IMG/VR virus record: IMGVR_UViG_3300042317_000390
Span: 32,001 to 96,000 of that record
Reading direction: 5' to 3' (one strand)
Length of the DNA stretch: 64,000 bases
Origin: a virus
Part shown: positions 38,990 to 49,261 of the stretch, in pieces
How the letters are laid out: every line of letters starts with the position of its first letter
Position numbering within the stretch: position 1 is the first letter of the stretch
Made by a program: the position numbers and the translations under genes
Notes under the pieces: model-generated
What the model was told of the DNA's origin: nothing
Databases searched by the model: none
Seen by the model: the letters and a program-made list of their open reading frames with translations, nothing else

Positions 38990-39880
38990 ATGGTAGATTT
39001 TGCTAAACTAAAAGCCTCTTCTGGTAAGAAGTCCCTAGAGTCCCTCACTCAAGAACTCACTAAAGTTTCTGGTAACGAATCAAACAACAAAGACGACGAG
39101 CGTTTTTGGCAACCAACTGCTGATAAGGCAGGTAATGGTTATGCTGTTATTCGTTTCCTCCCCGCCCCTGGCGAAGAAGACGTTCCATTCATTCGTCTAT
39201 TTGAGCATGGTTTCAAGGGTCCAGGCGGTTGGTATATTGAGAACTCACTAACCACTCTTGGTAAGAACGATCCTGTTTCTGACTACAATACTAAGCTTTG
39301 GAATAGCGGTATTGAGTCTAACAAGGAAATCGCTCGTAAGCAGAAGCGCAAGCTTAACTTCATTTCCAATATCTACGTAGTCCATGATTCTGGTAATCCA
39401 GACAAGGAAGGCAAAGTCTATCTCTTCAAGTATGGAAAGAAGATCTTTGATAAGCTAAAGGAAGCTATGGAGCCTCAGTTTGAGGACGAAGAGGCAGTCA
39501 ATCCTTTCGATCTTTGGTCAGGTGCTAACTTCAAGCTAAAGATTCGTCAGGTGGAAGGTTATCGTAATTACGATAAGTCTGAGTTTGATAAGGCTGGCCC
39601 TCTGTTCGATGACGACAAGAAGCTAGAGGCAGTATGGAAGCAGGAGTATTCTCTACAAGAGTTTCTTGCGCCATCTAATTTTAAGTCTTACGAGGAATTA
39701 GAAGCCCGTTTATCCAAGGTTCTAGGCTCTCCTAGCGCCCCTAAAGCTTCTAAGGTAGAGGATAGCCTAGACGAAGATAGAGCGCCCTCCTTTAAGGCTA
39801 CTCACGCTCCTAGCTATTCTGGAGACGATGATGATAATGCAGAACTAGAAGAGTTTTTCAATAAACTAAAGGACAAGTAA
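38990..39880 (+). CDS. 32: Single-stranded DNA-binding protein gp32
   Basis: DERFW..DKAGNGYAVIRFLP..WYIENSLTT..KYGKKIFDK, acidic tail; TATAAATA at 38928. Confidence 0.96.
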   Translation: MVDFAKLKASSGKKSLESLTQELTKVSGNESNNKDDERFWQPTADKAGNGYAVIRFLPAPGEEDVPFIRLFEHGFKGPGGWYIENSLTTLGKNDPVSDYNTKLWNSGIESNKEIARKQKRKLNFISNIYVVHDSGNPDKEGKVYLFKYGKKIFDKLKEAMEPQFEDEEAVNPFDLWSGANFKLKIRQVEGYRNYDKSEFDKAGPLFDDDKKLEAVWKQEYSLQEFLAPSNFKSYEELEARLSKVLGSPSAPKASKVEDSLDEDRAPSFKATHAPSYSGDDDDNAELEEFFNKLKDK

Positions 39881-39883
39881 AAT

Positions 39884-39906
39884 TAGGGGGCATTAGCCCC
39901 CTTTTT
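39884..39906. terminator. Terminator between convergent gp32 and tape measure genes
   Basis: AGGGGGC/GCCCCCT plus T-tract. Confidence 0.8.
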
Positions 39907-41876
39907 TATGCACCCATGTGCTTTTTAATTTTCTTAGCTTCTTCCCAGTGATTGCCACCGATTAAAGATGCCCAATCTGGCCAACTAACATCAGCTGGAT
40001 GATTATAATTATATCCAGCCATATCTCCGATATATCCAGATTGACCGCCGTTGACTTGAATGTTATTTTGAGCAGGAGTTTCGTTAAATAAACTCTCTTG
40101 GAATGTTTCTTGATTAGCAGCAGATTGAACAGCAGTTTGTTTAACTATCTGACTATTCATTTCTGGTAAAGAAGTTCCACCTATTAATTGACCTGGACCA
40201 ATAGAAGGCATTAAGGCAGCTTGAGGCATAGGTGCGTTCATATTACCTAAAGCACTAGTTAGCATAGGTAAGAACGATCCTACTATTCCACCAAGACCAC
40301 CTGGCATAAAACTATTTAAAGCTCCTAATCCAATTTGCATAGGTAGATTAGATCCAGCAGGTTCCATTGGTCTAGAAATAGCAGTAGAACCAGATTCTGT
40401 TCTTTCAGCACTAGCAGAAGGCGGTGGAACAGTTTGTACTGTTGTCATTGGCGTTGAGCCGGGAGTTAACGTGGATTTATTATATGCTTCGCTATGTGCT
40501 TGATCGGGTGATGCTCCCATCAAACCACCGATAGCAGACGCACCACCTCTAATACCTTTACCGCCTATTTGAGCATGAATATGATTATCGTGATCTTTAA
40601 CTCTCCAAAGAACAGTATAACCAGCAGCTTGTAATTGTTTAGCTAACTTATCAAACTTTGGACCCCATACAGGATCTCTTGCTTCTACTATATTACCAGG
40701 AGCGTTAATATCCATAGCCATACCATCGTTATGCGCAGATCCAGGATGATGTTGCTCTGGATGAACGCCTCCGAAAGCTGGGTGCTCAGAAACTCTAATT
40801 CCCATACCTTGAAGAGCTTTTCCTAAAGCGACTAGATCGCCAGATGGTAAAGGAGAAGCGCCTTCCATTCTTTCTGAATCTTTACCAGAAGGAGTTACAG
40901 CAGCTGGTGTAGCATCAGATCTTGGAGTAGTAGCAGAAGCTGATTCTGATGGATTAGTAGAGGAACCAGCACTATACGATCTTTCAAATTTTGAAAGATA
41001 AGAACTTGGTGTTATATTATTTCTTTGTGCTTCTGCGGATATAGTATGTTTAGGACCAAGAAAGTGAGTTAATACGGCGTTTCTCAATCCTTCCTTTTTA
41101 ATTAGTTTTTGGAAGTAGTCATTAAATACCGCATCTTGAATTTCTGGTGGAGCATCTACTGCTCTTTTAAATTGAGTTCCAATACCAGCGCCAGCAGCTG
41201 CGCTTTGCCAAGTTGAGTCAATAAATTGATAAGCACCAGAAGCAGAACTGCCTGGGTTTTGTGCTTTATAACCGCCGCTACCTTTCGATTCAATCGATTT
41301 AATAGCATCGGCTGCGGCTTTCATATTAACGTTTTCTGGTCCAGACCCCCAATTAAAACTACTAGTATTAGAATCACCGCCGAGCATAGATGCGCCGCCT
41401 ACCACAGCACCGGCACCGATACCCATTTTAGTTAATTCCCAAAGACCGCTAGAAAGAGTACCAACACCAGAGGTAATTGCACCAAGTAATCCCTTTTCAC
41501 CTAGAGATTCTTTCATGTTCTCGTTTAGAGATTCGGTGCTATCGTTAAGGATAACGATGTTCTTTCCCATATCTCTAATAGAACCTAGAATGTTAGTTTC
41601 TACAGAGATAAGATCCTGCATGTAGACACCAAGTCTATCAATCTTTGACGACATTTCTTGAGTTTCAGATGCTACATCGTTTATAGAGTTTTCTAAATCA
41701 ACTACATCTTGTCTTTGGCTTTTAAATACAGTATAAATGTCTTTTACGACTCTACTGATATTAGCGTTTGACTGCATAGCAGCCTGACGGAATTCACCCA
41801 CGACTTGAGAAATTGAGAACTCCATAGAGTTTCTCATTTGATTTAGAATATAACTTAACTCTTCTGTGTCAGCCAT
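39906..41876 (-). CDS. Tape-measure/baseplate hub gp29-like protein with transglycosylase and Zn-peptidase-like domains
   Basis: N-terminal helical region; IES..SASGAYQFIDSTW; SAHNDGMAMD..HDNHIH; follows gp26/gp51. Confidence 0.7.
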   Translation of the reverse strand: MADTEELSYILNQMRNSMEFSISQVVGEFRQAAMQSNANISRVVKDIYTVFKSQRQDVVDLENSINDVASETQEMSSKIDRLGVYMQDLISVETNILGSIRDMGKNIVILNDSTESLNENMKESLGEKGLLGAITSGVGTLSSGLWELTKMGIGAGAVVGGASMLGGDSNTSSFNWGSGPENVNMKAAADAIKSIESKGSGGYKAQNPGSSASGAYQFIDSTWQSAAAGAGIGTQFKRAVDAPPEIQDAVFNDYFQKLIKKEGLRNAVLTHFLGPKHTISAEAQRNNITPSSYLSKFERSYSAGSSTNPSESASATTPRSDATPAAVTPSGKDSERMEGASPLPSGDLVALGKALQGMGIRVSEHPAFGGVHPEQHHPGSAHNDGMAMDINAPGNIVEARDPVWGPKFDKLAKQLQAAGYTVLWRVKDHDNHIHAQIGGKGIRGGASAIGGLMGASPDQAHSEAYNKSTLTPGSTPMTTVQTVPPPSASAERTESGSTAISRPMEPAGSNLPMQIGLGALNSFMPGGLGGIVGSFLPMLTSALGNMNAPMPQAALMPSIGPGQLIGGTSLPEMNSQIVKQTAVQSAANQETFQESLFNETPAQNNIQVNGGQSGYIGDMAGYNYNHPADVSWPDWASLIGGNHWEEAKKIKKHMGA

Positions 41877-41887
41877 GGTTTACCTTC

Positions 41888-42064
41888 TTATTTTTGTTTC
41901 TTGGCTTCTTCTACTTCCTTCAAATAATCAACTAACATCTGTACATAAATGTCTCTTTCGAATGGTATTAGCGCTTCAACTTCACTTATGGAATATTTAT
42001 GATGCTGAACCATTGAAAATATCGTTGAATAATAGTTAGACAACGATGTATGACTCAGCGCCAA
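41888..42064 (-). CDS. 51: gp51-like hub assembly protein (probably made by -1 frameshift from gp26)
   Basis: LALSHTSLSNYYSTIFSMVQHHKYSISEVEALIPFERDIYVQML; missed by the ORF track. Confidence 0.85.
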   Translation of the reverse strand: MALSHTSLSNYYSTIFSMVQHHKYSISEVEALIPFERDIYVQMLVDYLKEVEEAKKQK

Positions 42065-42765
42065 GTAAAAAAATCATTTAACGAATTCAGAACGATCTTT
42101 CGTTCATTACCCAAAGAATTTTCATATGTGATAACGTATTCCATTTTAGGAACATTTAATAGAAACTTTTGAATCTGTTCGAATGCCTTGATATTAAGGT
42201 TTTCTATAAAATCATTAAGTTCTTGCTTCTTATAATCTTTACACTGATATACTTCATCTTCATAATAGATCGAATCAATACATCGAACGATTAATTCAAA
42301 CATATAATCCTTCTCTAAGGATAAGAAGTCTTTATCATCATATAGAGCAGCAGTTGGGTATTTCATAATGATTCCAGATTTTCCAGATAACTTGATGTTG
42401 TTATCGACATTCTCTGGATATACCATTTTAACATCATCTAGATTGATATCAAAATCATACTTCTTCTGATCTTCGTTATCTTTATATGTTACCTTGATCA
42501 CGTTATCTACCGATAAAGATCTCAGCTTCAAGAAGATGTATTCTAAATCAAATAGTGCCAGCTTATTAACATCTAAAGTTTTATCAAGAGAGCAGTTGTT
42601 GATAATCTGTTTAATAGCTGCTAGAATATCAGCAGTATTCTCGCTCTCTTTTGACATAAGCAACAGTTTTTCTTCTTTAACTAAAAATGGTCTAAATTGA
42701 AATTCCTTTTTCATCGATGGTATTTCAATTCTGTACATTGGATAGTCAATTTTCGGTAAAGCCAT
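42055..42765 (-). CDS. 26: Baseplate hub assembly chaperone gp26
   Basis: MALPKI..FRPFLVKEEK.LL..FDLEYIFLKLR..S..L.DFF. Confidence 0.9.
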   Translation of the reverse strand: MALPKIDYPMYRIEIPSMKKEFQFRPFLVKEEKLLLMSKESENTADILAAIKQIINNCSLDKTLDVNKLALFDLEYIFLKLRSLSVDNVIKVTYKDNEDQKKYDFDINLDDVKMVYPENVDNNIKLSGKSGIIMKYPTAALYDDKDFLSLEKDYMFELIVRCIDSIYYEDEVYQCKDYKKQELNDFIENLNIKAFEQIQKFLLNVPKMEYVITYENSLGNERKIVLNSLNDFFTWR

Positions 42766-42781
42766 ATTAAAACTCCATTAA

Positions 42782-43441
42782 TTAAGAACTTACAGTTTCC
42801 CTTTGTGTTCCTGTAAACATATTAGTTGGTTGTGGTCTAATAGTCTGCATACTTGAACCTTCGATAGAATACTCAGTGAATGCAATAGATACGTTGATCT
42901 TCATTAGATTGGTTGTATCAGCCCAAGATAAAGGAACTTCTCTAAGAGCCGTTGGAAAGGCTTCGAACAGATTTATCTTTTGAATGATATTACCAAACTG
43001 ATCGCAAATCATAATAACAATGGTTGAAGAGAATTGGTCTTTATATTCAGCTGTGTAGTTTGGAGCTTGGCCGTTAACACCATTATACTGAAATACTGCT
43101 CTTGTCCACTGATACCAATATTGCCAAAACTCGCAATAATGATCGCCTAGAATAGAGATGTTAATCTCTTGGAACTGTGCCGCTATAGGTTGCTTCTGGG
43201 TTGGACCAATACCGTATCTGTTAATATCAGCGGTCGATAATGAGATGCCAGGCGCTCTGACTTGATCGATACGGAAGCTCATATTTTGAGCTATGGAAGC
43301 AGTTGCTGTAGGATTGCCTTGATTGCTTAAATATGCGTTCGCAAGAACTGGTGGCGTTTGTACCATGACAACGAATGAGTTGTTATCAAGATAACCAAAG
43401 TCCCTGATATTTGTTGCGAATCTGTTTATATTAAAAGCCAT
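42782..43441 (-). CDS. 54: Tail tube initiator gp54-like protein
   Basis: Tube-fold motifs (PG..T..YG..L.EAFP..LSW); synteny. Confidence 0.7.
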   Translation of the reverse strand: MAFNINRFATNIRDFGYLDNNSFVVMVQTPPVLANAYLSNQGNPTATASIAQNMSFRIDQVRAPGISLSTADINRYGIGPTQKQPIAAQFQEINISILGDHYCEFWQYWYQWTRAVFQYNGVNGQAPNYTAEYKDQFSSTIVIMICDQFGNIIQKINLFEAFPTALREVPLSWADTTNLMKINVSIAFTEYSIEGSSMQTIRPQPTNMFTGTQRETVSS

Positions 43442-43449
43442 TTTGATTC

Positions 43450-43962
43450 CTATGGGTATTTGTTTACTTTGCTATTAATTTCCCATCTTGCCAACGGTAA
43501 CATAATAACCTTATCCCATTGACTTGGGTGAATAAGGAAGAATGAGCTTCTAACATGACCATAAAGGTATCTTTTTATACAAGCCTGATATTTATAGAAA
43601 TAATTACCATATTCTTTCAATACCATATATGATAAATTTTCTAACTTTGTTGTTGAATTATATTTGTCATTATTAAGTAGTAGGTTTTTCAATGAATCAA
43701 GAAGTTTCTTTCTTGCCAATGGTGTGAGATAATGCATGTTTAGACCTAGAAAACCGTCATCGTAAAATTCCATAGGAAATACTAGAGGGCAAGTGTCCCA
43801 TATTGGCAACTTGTCTTTGGTCTTTGGATCGTAGATGTAAAGGTACATACTACCAACTGAAGGTCTGACTCGTTTTTGATATGTATTTCTTCTGTCTTTG
43901 GTAACTTCATCCAAAGTGTCATTAAACCACTCAACAGACTCTTGATTTTCTTTACTGGCCAT
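43450..43962 (-). CDS. 2: DNA end protector gp2
   Basis: YDPKTKDKLP.WD.CPLV..GFLGLN.HYL..KRYL..HVRS. Confidence 0.9.
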   Translation of the reverse strand: MASKENQESVEWFNDTLDEVTKDRRNTYQKRVRPSVGSMYLYIYDPKTKDKLPIWDTCPLVFPMEFYDDGFLGLNMHYLTPLARKKLLDSLKNLLLNNDKYNSTTKLENLSYMVLKEYGNYFYKYQACIKRYLYGHVRSSFFLIHPSQWDKVIMLPLARWEINSKVNKYP

Positions 43963-44412
43963 TTAAAACTTTAATCCGAGTTCGTGTTCTGTCATGATAA
44001 TAAATTCATAACCTCTATCTTTGCAGTATTCTCTGGCTGCTTTCCACTTTGCAGAGTTTACACCCCAGCGCATGACTTCTTTGATGTATTTATTAGATTT
44101 CTTCTTACTTTCTTGAATCACTGGTGGTTTTGTTTGACTGGCAGGTTTGACTTCAATTAAAATAGTCTTAGTCTTGTTATCAACTGTGTTTATTCTTGCA
44201 GTGAAATCAACAAAATATCTGTGGACTCTGTTGTCTACAGGCGAACGATATGGAATTATGGTTTCCTCTGAGGACCACCATATTACGTTAGGATCTGCAT
44301 CGAAACGATTCATAACCAATAATTCCCATCTTGAACGGTAAATTATGTTAGTAGGATCGCCTTTATACTTACTAGGATTTTTTGGTTTAAAAATCCCTTT
44401 ATAGGTAGCCAT
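43963..44412 (-). CDS. 4: Head completion nuclease gp4
   Basis: P.NP.KY.GD..I.YRS.WE..W.SEE..HRYFVDF..EVKP..N.AKW.AA. Confidence 0.93.
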   Translation of the reverse strand: MATYKGIFKPKNPSKYKGDPTNIIYRSRWELLVMNRFDADPNVIWWSSEETIIPYRSPVDNRVHRYFVDFTARINTVDNKTKTILIEVKPASQTKPPVIQESKKKSNKYIKEVMRWGVNSAKWKAAREYCKDRGYEFIIMTEHELGLKF

Positions 44413-44425
44413 TGTTTGTAATCGG

Positions 44426-44453
44426 AATAAATATAATGAAAAAAGTATTTATA
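44426..44453. promoter_or_regulatory. Face-to-face late promoters of the divergent tail operons
   Basis: AATAAATA (+, 44426) and TATAAATA (-, 44446-44453). Confidence 0.65.
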
Positions 44454-44462
44454 GGGGATTCT

Positions 44463-45188
44463 ATGCCAAACTTTCCACAACCACCTGGAAGATATAACAA
44501 AGACAATAATGCCTTTCCAAATGATTTGGTTCAAGGCACAAGACAGTTTTACACCAGAATTGGGTTTGGTTTGTATGACTTCTCTTTATCGGGCGGCGCT
44601 GGTGCATTATCACTAGGTGGGTCTATAAAGCTCCCAATGCCAAAAAGAATCAACGATATTGAGAACATTATATGGGAAGAGTGGTCTGCTACACAGGCAG
44701 CACAAGGTGCCGCAGAAGGCGTTGTAACTAGAACTTTGGGTCAAGTATTTGGAACATCATTAACAGCAGGTATTACAGCTGCTGCTCCAATGGCTGGTAT
44801 CGCTTCTGGTAGAGCTTTGAATCCTTTCCAATACATGATGTTCAAAAGACCAGGATTCAAGGAACACACATTAGAGTGGGTATTATCACCAAACACTCAA
44901 TCTGAATCTGATTCTTTACAAAGAATTATTAAACAGTGCAAGAGGGCTGCTCTTCCAACAAGAGAAAGCACATTCTTGATGAAATACCCACAAATAGCTT
45001 TAGTTAGTTTCGTCCCAAATCAATATTTGTTTACCTTAAAACCTTGTGCTATCACTTCTGTACAAGTTAACTTTACAGGTTCTGGTGGTCCATCTTTCTT
45101 CAAGAGCGGTGCGCCTACTGTGGTAACTCTATCTCTTAACTTAAAAGAAATCCAGCTTTGGGAATCAACAGACCCAGACCTAATGTAA
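44463..45188 (+). CDS. 48: Baseplate tail tube cap gp48
   Basis: I.LPMP..NP..MF..P.F..P....ES..I..P..YP..V.L.L.EI. Confidence 0.8.
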   Translation: MPNFPQPPGRYNKDNNAFPNDLVQGTRQFYTRIGFGLYDFSLSGGAGALSLGGSIKLPMPKRINDIENIIWEEWSATQAAQGAAEGVVTRTLGQVFGTSLTAGITAAAPMAGIASGRALNPFQYMMFKRPGFKEHTLEWVLSPNTQSESDSLQRIIKQCKRAALPTRESTFLMKYPQIALVSFVPNQYLFTLKPCAITSVQVNFTGSGGPSFFKSGAPTVVTLSLNLKEIQLWESTDPDLM

Positions 45189-45200
45189 CGGATAAAGTTT

Positions 45201-46106
45201 ATGGCACAAAGATATTTCGACAAGTTTCCATTAATAACATATAGTAACAATCAAGTTGTTGATATTACTAAGCGTGTTGCTATGCTCGACAAGGTTTCAG
45301 AGAATCCTTATGTTTTCTACCCATATGAAATTACATCAAACGAGAGAGCAGATCAGCTAAGCGCTAGATATTATGAGGATCAATATAAGAGTTGGATAAT
45401 ATATCTTGTTAATAATATCGTAGATCCATATTACGAATGGTACATGAGCGAAAGAGAATTTACAGATTTTCTAGTTAAGAAATATGGCAGCTTCTATGAC
45501 GCTCAAACCAAGATTAAGTATTATAGAAATAATTGGATTGGTCAAGATAATATAGACGTTAGTACATTTAACGCCATGTCTGCTGGTATGCAGAAATATT
45601 GGGAACCGACTCTAGGGACAAATAATAGAATTAATGGTTATACCAGAAAGAAAAATGATTGGACTCTAACTACTAACAAGATTATAACATATGGCGCTAA
45701 TACTACAACATTTTCTGTTTACACTGATAAAGGTTTAGGCTTCAAGGTCGATGAGATCTGTGATATTGTATTCGATGATTATAATTCGGGTAAAGGACAG
45801 TTTGTTGCGTCTAGTAATAGTGAAATATTAATACAGCATGTTAGTGGGAGTTATTATACTAGCAACTCAGTGTCTATTACTTCTAACAGCTATATCTATG
45901 GTACAGAAAGTAAGGTTAATACTAAATTCATCAGCGTATCAACCGCTGCTAATAATATACCAGACGATGAAGTTGTATACTGGAGTCCTATTACGTATTT
46001 TGAATACGAAACTGAAAGAAATGAATATAACAAGACTGTTAGAATCTTGGATAGTGACTATAAACAGAATATGGTAGAAAGTCTTAAACAGAAGATTAAG
46101 GAATAA
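45201..46106 (+). CDS. 53: Baseplate wedge gp53
   Basis: YF.KFP.I.Y..ERADQLS..YY..WII..N.I.DPY.EW..YE.E.NE..R. Confidence 0.88.
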   Translation: MAQRYFDKFPLITYSNNQVVDITKRVAMLDKVSENPYVFYPYEITSNERADQLSARYYEDQYKSWIIYLVNNIVDPYYEWYMSEREFTDFLVKKYGSFYDAQTKIKYYRNNWIGQDNIDVSTFNAMSAGMQKYWEPTLGTNNRINGYTRKKNDWTLTTNKIITYGANTTTFSVYTDKGLGFKVDEICDIVFDDYNSGKGQFVASSNSEILIQHVSGSYYTSNSVSITSNSYIYGTESKVNTKFISVSTAANNIPDDEVVYWSPITYFEYETERNEYNKTVRILDSDYKQNMVESLKQKIKE

Positions 46107-46107
46107 A

Positions 46108-47367
46108 ATGCCTGCTGGTGATATAAAAATAACTTCAATTAAAGTTGGTAATATGGATCTAACCAGCACTGATAAAGTGTCTTTGGCTGGATTTAATGTT
46201 TATGAGGACATTCTCAACCCATATGGTCCAGTCGCTGAGATTAGAGTTGTAGATCCATCAGACGCTCTAGGTCAAAACAAAGTTAGCGGATCTTATGACC
46301 AAGATGTTGAGATCAAGTTCTCAGGAGATGATAACATCGGAAGTCTTGGTGGAGGTGGATCTACTCTTAAATTGAAGATGTATCAGAATAAGAACTTAAA
46401 CGACCAGTCTGTAACCAATACAGGTTCTGGTCATCATAAGCAATATGATATTCGTGCTGTATCTCCAGAGTTATTAAACGCACAAGGTAATCACGTCGAA
46501 AAGAGTTTTAATGGAAAGACTGGTGATGTTGTAAAGCACATTCTTGAAAAAGGATTTAAGACCAAGAGACAAATTGAGATAGCAAGTACAAAACAAAGAC
46601 GTATTGTTATTCCAAAGATGCATCCATTAGATGCTATTAAGAAGATGAACGGAGAACACGTTTCAGAAAAGTATGAGTCATCTTGCTTTGCTTTATTCCA
46701 ACAGGCAGATCAAGGCGGTGAGCATAAATATGTGTTCAAGACGTTTGAAGAGTTATTCGAGAAACAGCCTGTTGTTAAGTTAAAACAAACAACAAATCTT
46801 AACTTCAGTAGCGCTAATCAACAGGAAAGACAAAATTCTATTATTTGGTTCAAGCCATCCGATTCATTCTTTACAGGTTCTAGAGCTTTAAGTAAATCAA
46901 GTGAACATACTATAGACCTTACAACCCATAAAGTTGTTGCGACTAATACGAATAAAAGTAACAAGTTTAAGTTCGCAGACGATAGTAAGATTTACGAGCA
47001 AGCACCATCTTATGCTAATTCTGTTCCTATTAGATATATTCATGATAAGGTTAACAATAAGGATAAGCATCAGACATCAGAAGCAAAAACTAAAAGAGCT
47101 GACTTTCTAGCTCAATTAGCACAGACATCTGCCGAATTAGAAGTTTATTACAATCCTAAGATCACATTAGGTTCGGTTATTGAATTACAGATTCCAAAGA
47201 AAGCTAACGATAATACTGAAGAAGGTGAGAAGCAGTGGAATGGTAAGTGCTTAGTCGTTGCTATCAGAACAAAATATAGAGTGGCTAAAGAGCCACCAAA
47301 TTGCACCATGATATTACGAGTCGTGAAGGGTAATTCGTATAAAGAAGGCGGTGGAGGTAATGGATAA
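46108..47367 (+). CDS. Baseplate hub gp27-like protein
   Basis: YEDIL..IP.MHP..G.VIEL.IP..G..LV..IR; position before gp5. Confidence 0.7.
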   Translation: MPAGDIKITSIKVGNMDLTSTDKVSLAGFNVYEDILNPYGPVAEIRVVDPSDALGQNKVSGSYDQDVEIKFSGDDNIGSLGGGGSTLKLKMYQNKNLNDQSVTNTGSGHHKQYDIRAVSPELLNAQGNHVEKSFNGKTGDVVKHILEKGFKTKRQIEIASTKQRRIVIPKMHPLDAIKKMNGEHVSEKYESSCFALFQQADQGGEHKYVFKTFEELFEKQPVVKLKQTTNLNFSSANQQERQNSIIWFKPSDSFFTGSRALSKSSEHTIDLTTHKVVATNTNKSNKFKFADDSKIYEQAPSYANSVPIRYIHDKVNNKDKHQTSEAKTKRADFLAQLAQTSAELEVYYNPKITLGSVIELQIPKKANDNTEEGEKQWNGKCLVVAIRTKYRVAKEPPNCTMILRVVKGNSYKEGGGGNG

Positions 47368-47777
47368 TGTTTGAGATTGGAGAGGTTAGAAACTTTGAAG
47401 ACGATCCAACCAAATCAGGTCGTGTAAAAGTTAGAATTTATAATAACCATAACGACGAACAAGGAGTAAAGGACGATGATCTTCCTTGGGCTATGGTCGT
47501 TCATCCTATTACTTCTCCTGCTACTGGTAGAATGGGTATTTCGCCATCTGGGCTTAAAGTTGGATCCAGAGTTCTAGTTACATATTTACCACATGATACT
47601 GCTAAACAATATCCAATTGTATTAGGCTCTCTTGCTCGTGGTGATATGCCAGAAGGTAACGATGATAGTAATGGTGGCGTTGGAACAGATACTCAAGACG
47701 CTCAGAAGAATTCAGGTGGTAAGATTAGAAAGCCAGGAATTGATAATCCAGCTTATACGAAGAAGGACAATAATTAA
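47367..47777 (+). CDS. gp5 N-terminal OB-fold as a separate ORF
   Basis: DP..GRVKVRI..H..LPWA..P..GS.V..Q.P.VLG. Confidence 0.85.
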   Translation: MFEIGEVRNFEDDPTKSGRVKVRIYNNHNDEQGVKDDDLPWAMVVHPITSPATGRMGISPSGLKVGSRVLVTYLPHDTAKQYPIVLGSLARGDMPEGNDDSNGGVGTDTQDAQKNSGGKIRKPGIDNPAYTKKDNN

Positions 47778-49261
47778 TGGCTAAAAGCGCTTTCGATCAA
47801 GGTAAAAGAGTAAGTCCTAATAATCAGACGATGGGCGGTAAAGCACCAAAGAAAGATCCAAAATATGCTGATCCACCAGCAGTTAAACCAGATGATTCTA
47901 AAAAGTTAACAGACGTTAGAGATAAGTTTGCTCCTAATGCCGATAAAGCAACTTCTGCTTCGGCTGATAAAGGTCAAACTGATCTTCCTTCTATTATGCA
48001 GATGGTAGATCCACAAGGTAACGCTCAGCAGTTTCCACAGATGTATCAGCAAGCCATGATGATGATTAGTATTCTTGGTATGGGCAGTGGAATGGGCGGT
48101 GGCGGCGGAGGTGGAGGTAACTTCGGTTCTGGCGTAGTTCCGTTTGTCCCATCAGGCATCATTAATGTTCTTGAAGATTCCTTTACTGGTGCTTTAGCCA
48201 TCTTAGTTAGAAGATATGGATTTGAAAGAGTTATTGAAATCCTAGTTATGATATTAAGCAACGGCGGAATTGATAAGATTGATAGCGGTTATAGAAACTT
48301 AGTGTTAAATTCTGTTGCCAATCTAATTAAGGTTGCTCTATATTATGGTCCAGATAATATTCCAGTATCGGTTTATAACGAAGCAATCTTCGGAGCAAAG
48401 ATACCAAACGCAGTTAATTTAATTACAGATGTTCCAGGCGATTGGGTCGAACAGTTTTATACGATAGAAGATGATCCATATCCCGGTTACAGAGAGTTTA
48501 AGCATATGCTACCAAGCTTAAATTCTACAGCTTATGAAAGAATGTGGGTAAAGAGAGAAGTAAAATCATACGTTTATGAATCTGCGCAAGAAGCAATCTA
48601 TTCATACTCTGAAACATCTATTGCTACTTTATTGGATCCATATTTTAAACCAGAAACCATTTATATATTAACGGCTTCTATATTAAATACTATTTTGATT
48701 GATGAGAGTTATAATGTTGAAACGAATACGTTAAATACTACTATGGGTAGTGGTGCAGCAAACCAAAACCAAGGCGGCGGTGGTGGCGGTGGTGGTAATC
48801 TAATGGGTATGATGGGAGGACAACTTCAACAGCTTATGGGATTAATTCAAGGAGAACAGTTACCACAATCTGTATTAAATCAGGGTGAAGTTGGAAAAGT
48901 TCTTCAGCAATATACTAAAGATATGGCACTCAATAATCAAATCTTTGAATTAGGTAAAGGTGCTTTAGGCGGTGGTACGGGAGGTGCTTTAGGTTCTCTT
49001 GGTAATATGGGAGGTCTTTCTAATATTATGGGAGGCTTCGGTTCTGGAGGTGGTGGTATCGGAGGCATATTGGGTAGTCTTGGTGGCGGTAGCTTATTGG
49101 GTAGTTTTGGTGGCTTCGGTGGAAACTCAGGAGGCGGCGGTGGTGGAGCAGGTAGCGGATTCCCTGGTGCTTCTGGTGGAGGTAGTTATTCTGGTGGCGG
49201 TATTAGTTCTGGTGGCTTGAAGAATGTTTCGCAATTATTGAAATTATTAGGAATAAGTTAA
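47777..49261 (+). CDS. Gly/Met-rich protein occupying the gp5 middle-domain position
   Basis: TAATG coupling on both sides; long polyglycine and GxxG tracts. Confidence 0.75.
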   Translation: MAKSAFDQGKRVSPNNQTMGGKAPKKDPKYADPPAVKPDDSKKLTDVRDKFAPNADKATSASADKGQTDLPSIMQMVDPQGNAQQFPQMYQQAMMMISILGMGSGMGGGGGGGGNFGSGVVPFVPSGIINVLEDSFTGALAILVRRYGFERVIEILVMILSNGGIDKIDSGYRNLVLNSVANLIKVALYYGPDNIPVSVYNEAIFGAKIPNAVNLITDVPGDWVEQFYTIEDDPYPGYREFKHMLPSLNSTAYERMWVKREVKSYVYESAQEAIYSYSETSIATLLDPYFKPETIYILTASILNTILIDESYNVETNTLNTTMGSGAANQNQGGGGGGGGNLMGMMGGQLQQLMGLIQGEQLPQSVLNQGEVGKVLQQYTKDMALNNQIFELGKGALGGGTGGALGSLGNMGGLSNIMGGFGSGGGGIGGILGSLGGGSLLGSFGGFGGNSGGGGGGAGSGFPGASGGGSYSGGGISSGGLKNVSQLLKLLGIS

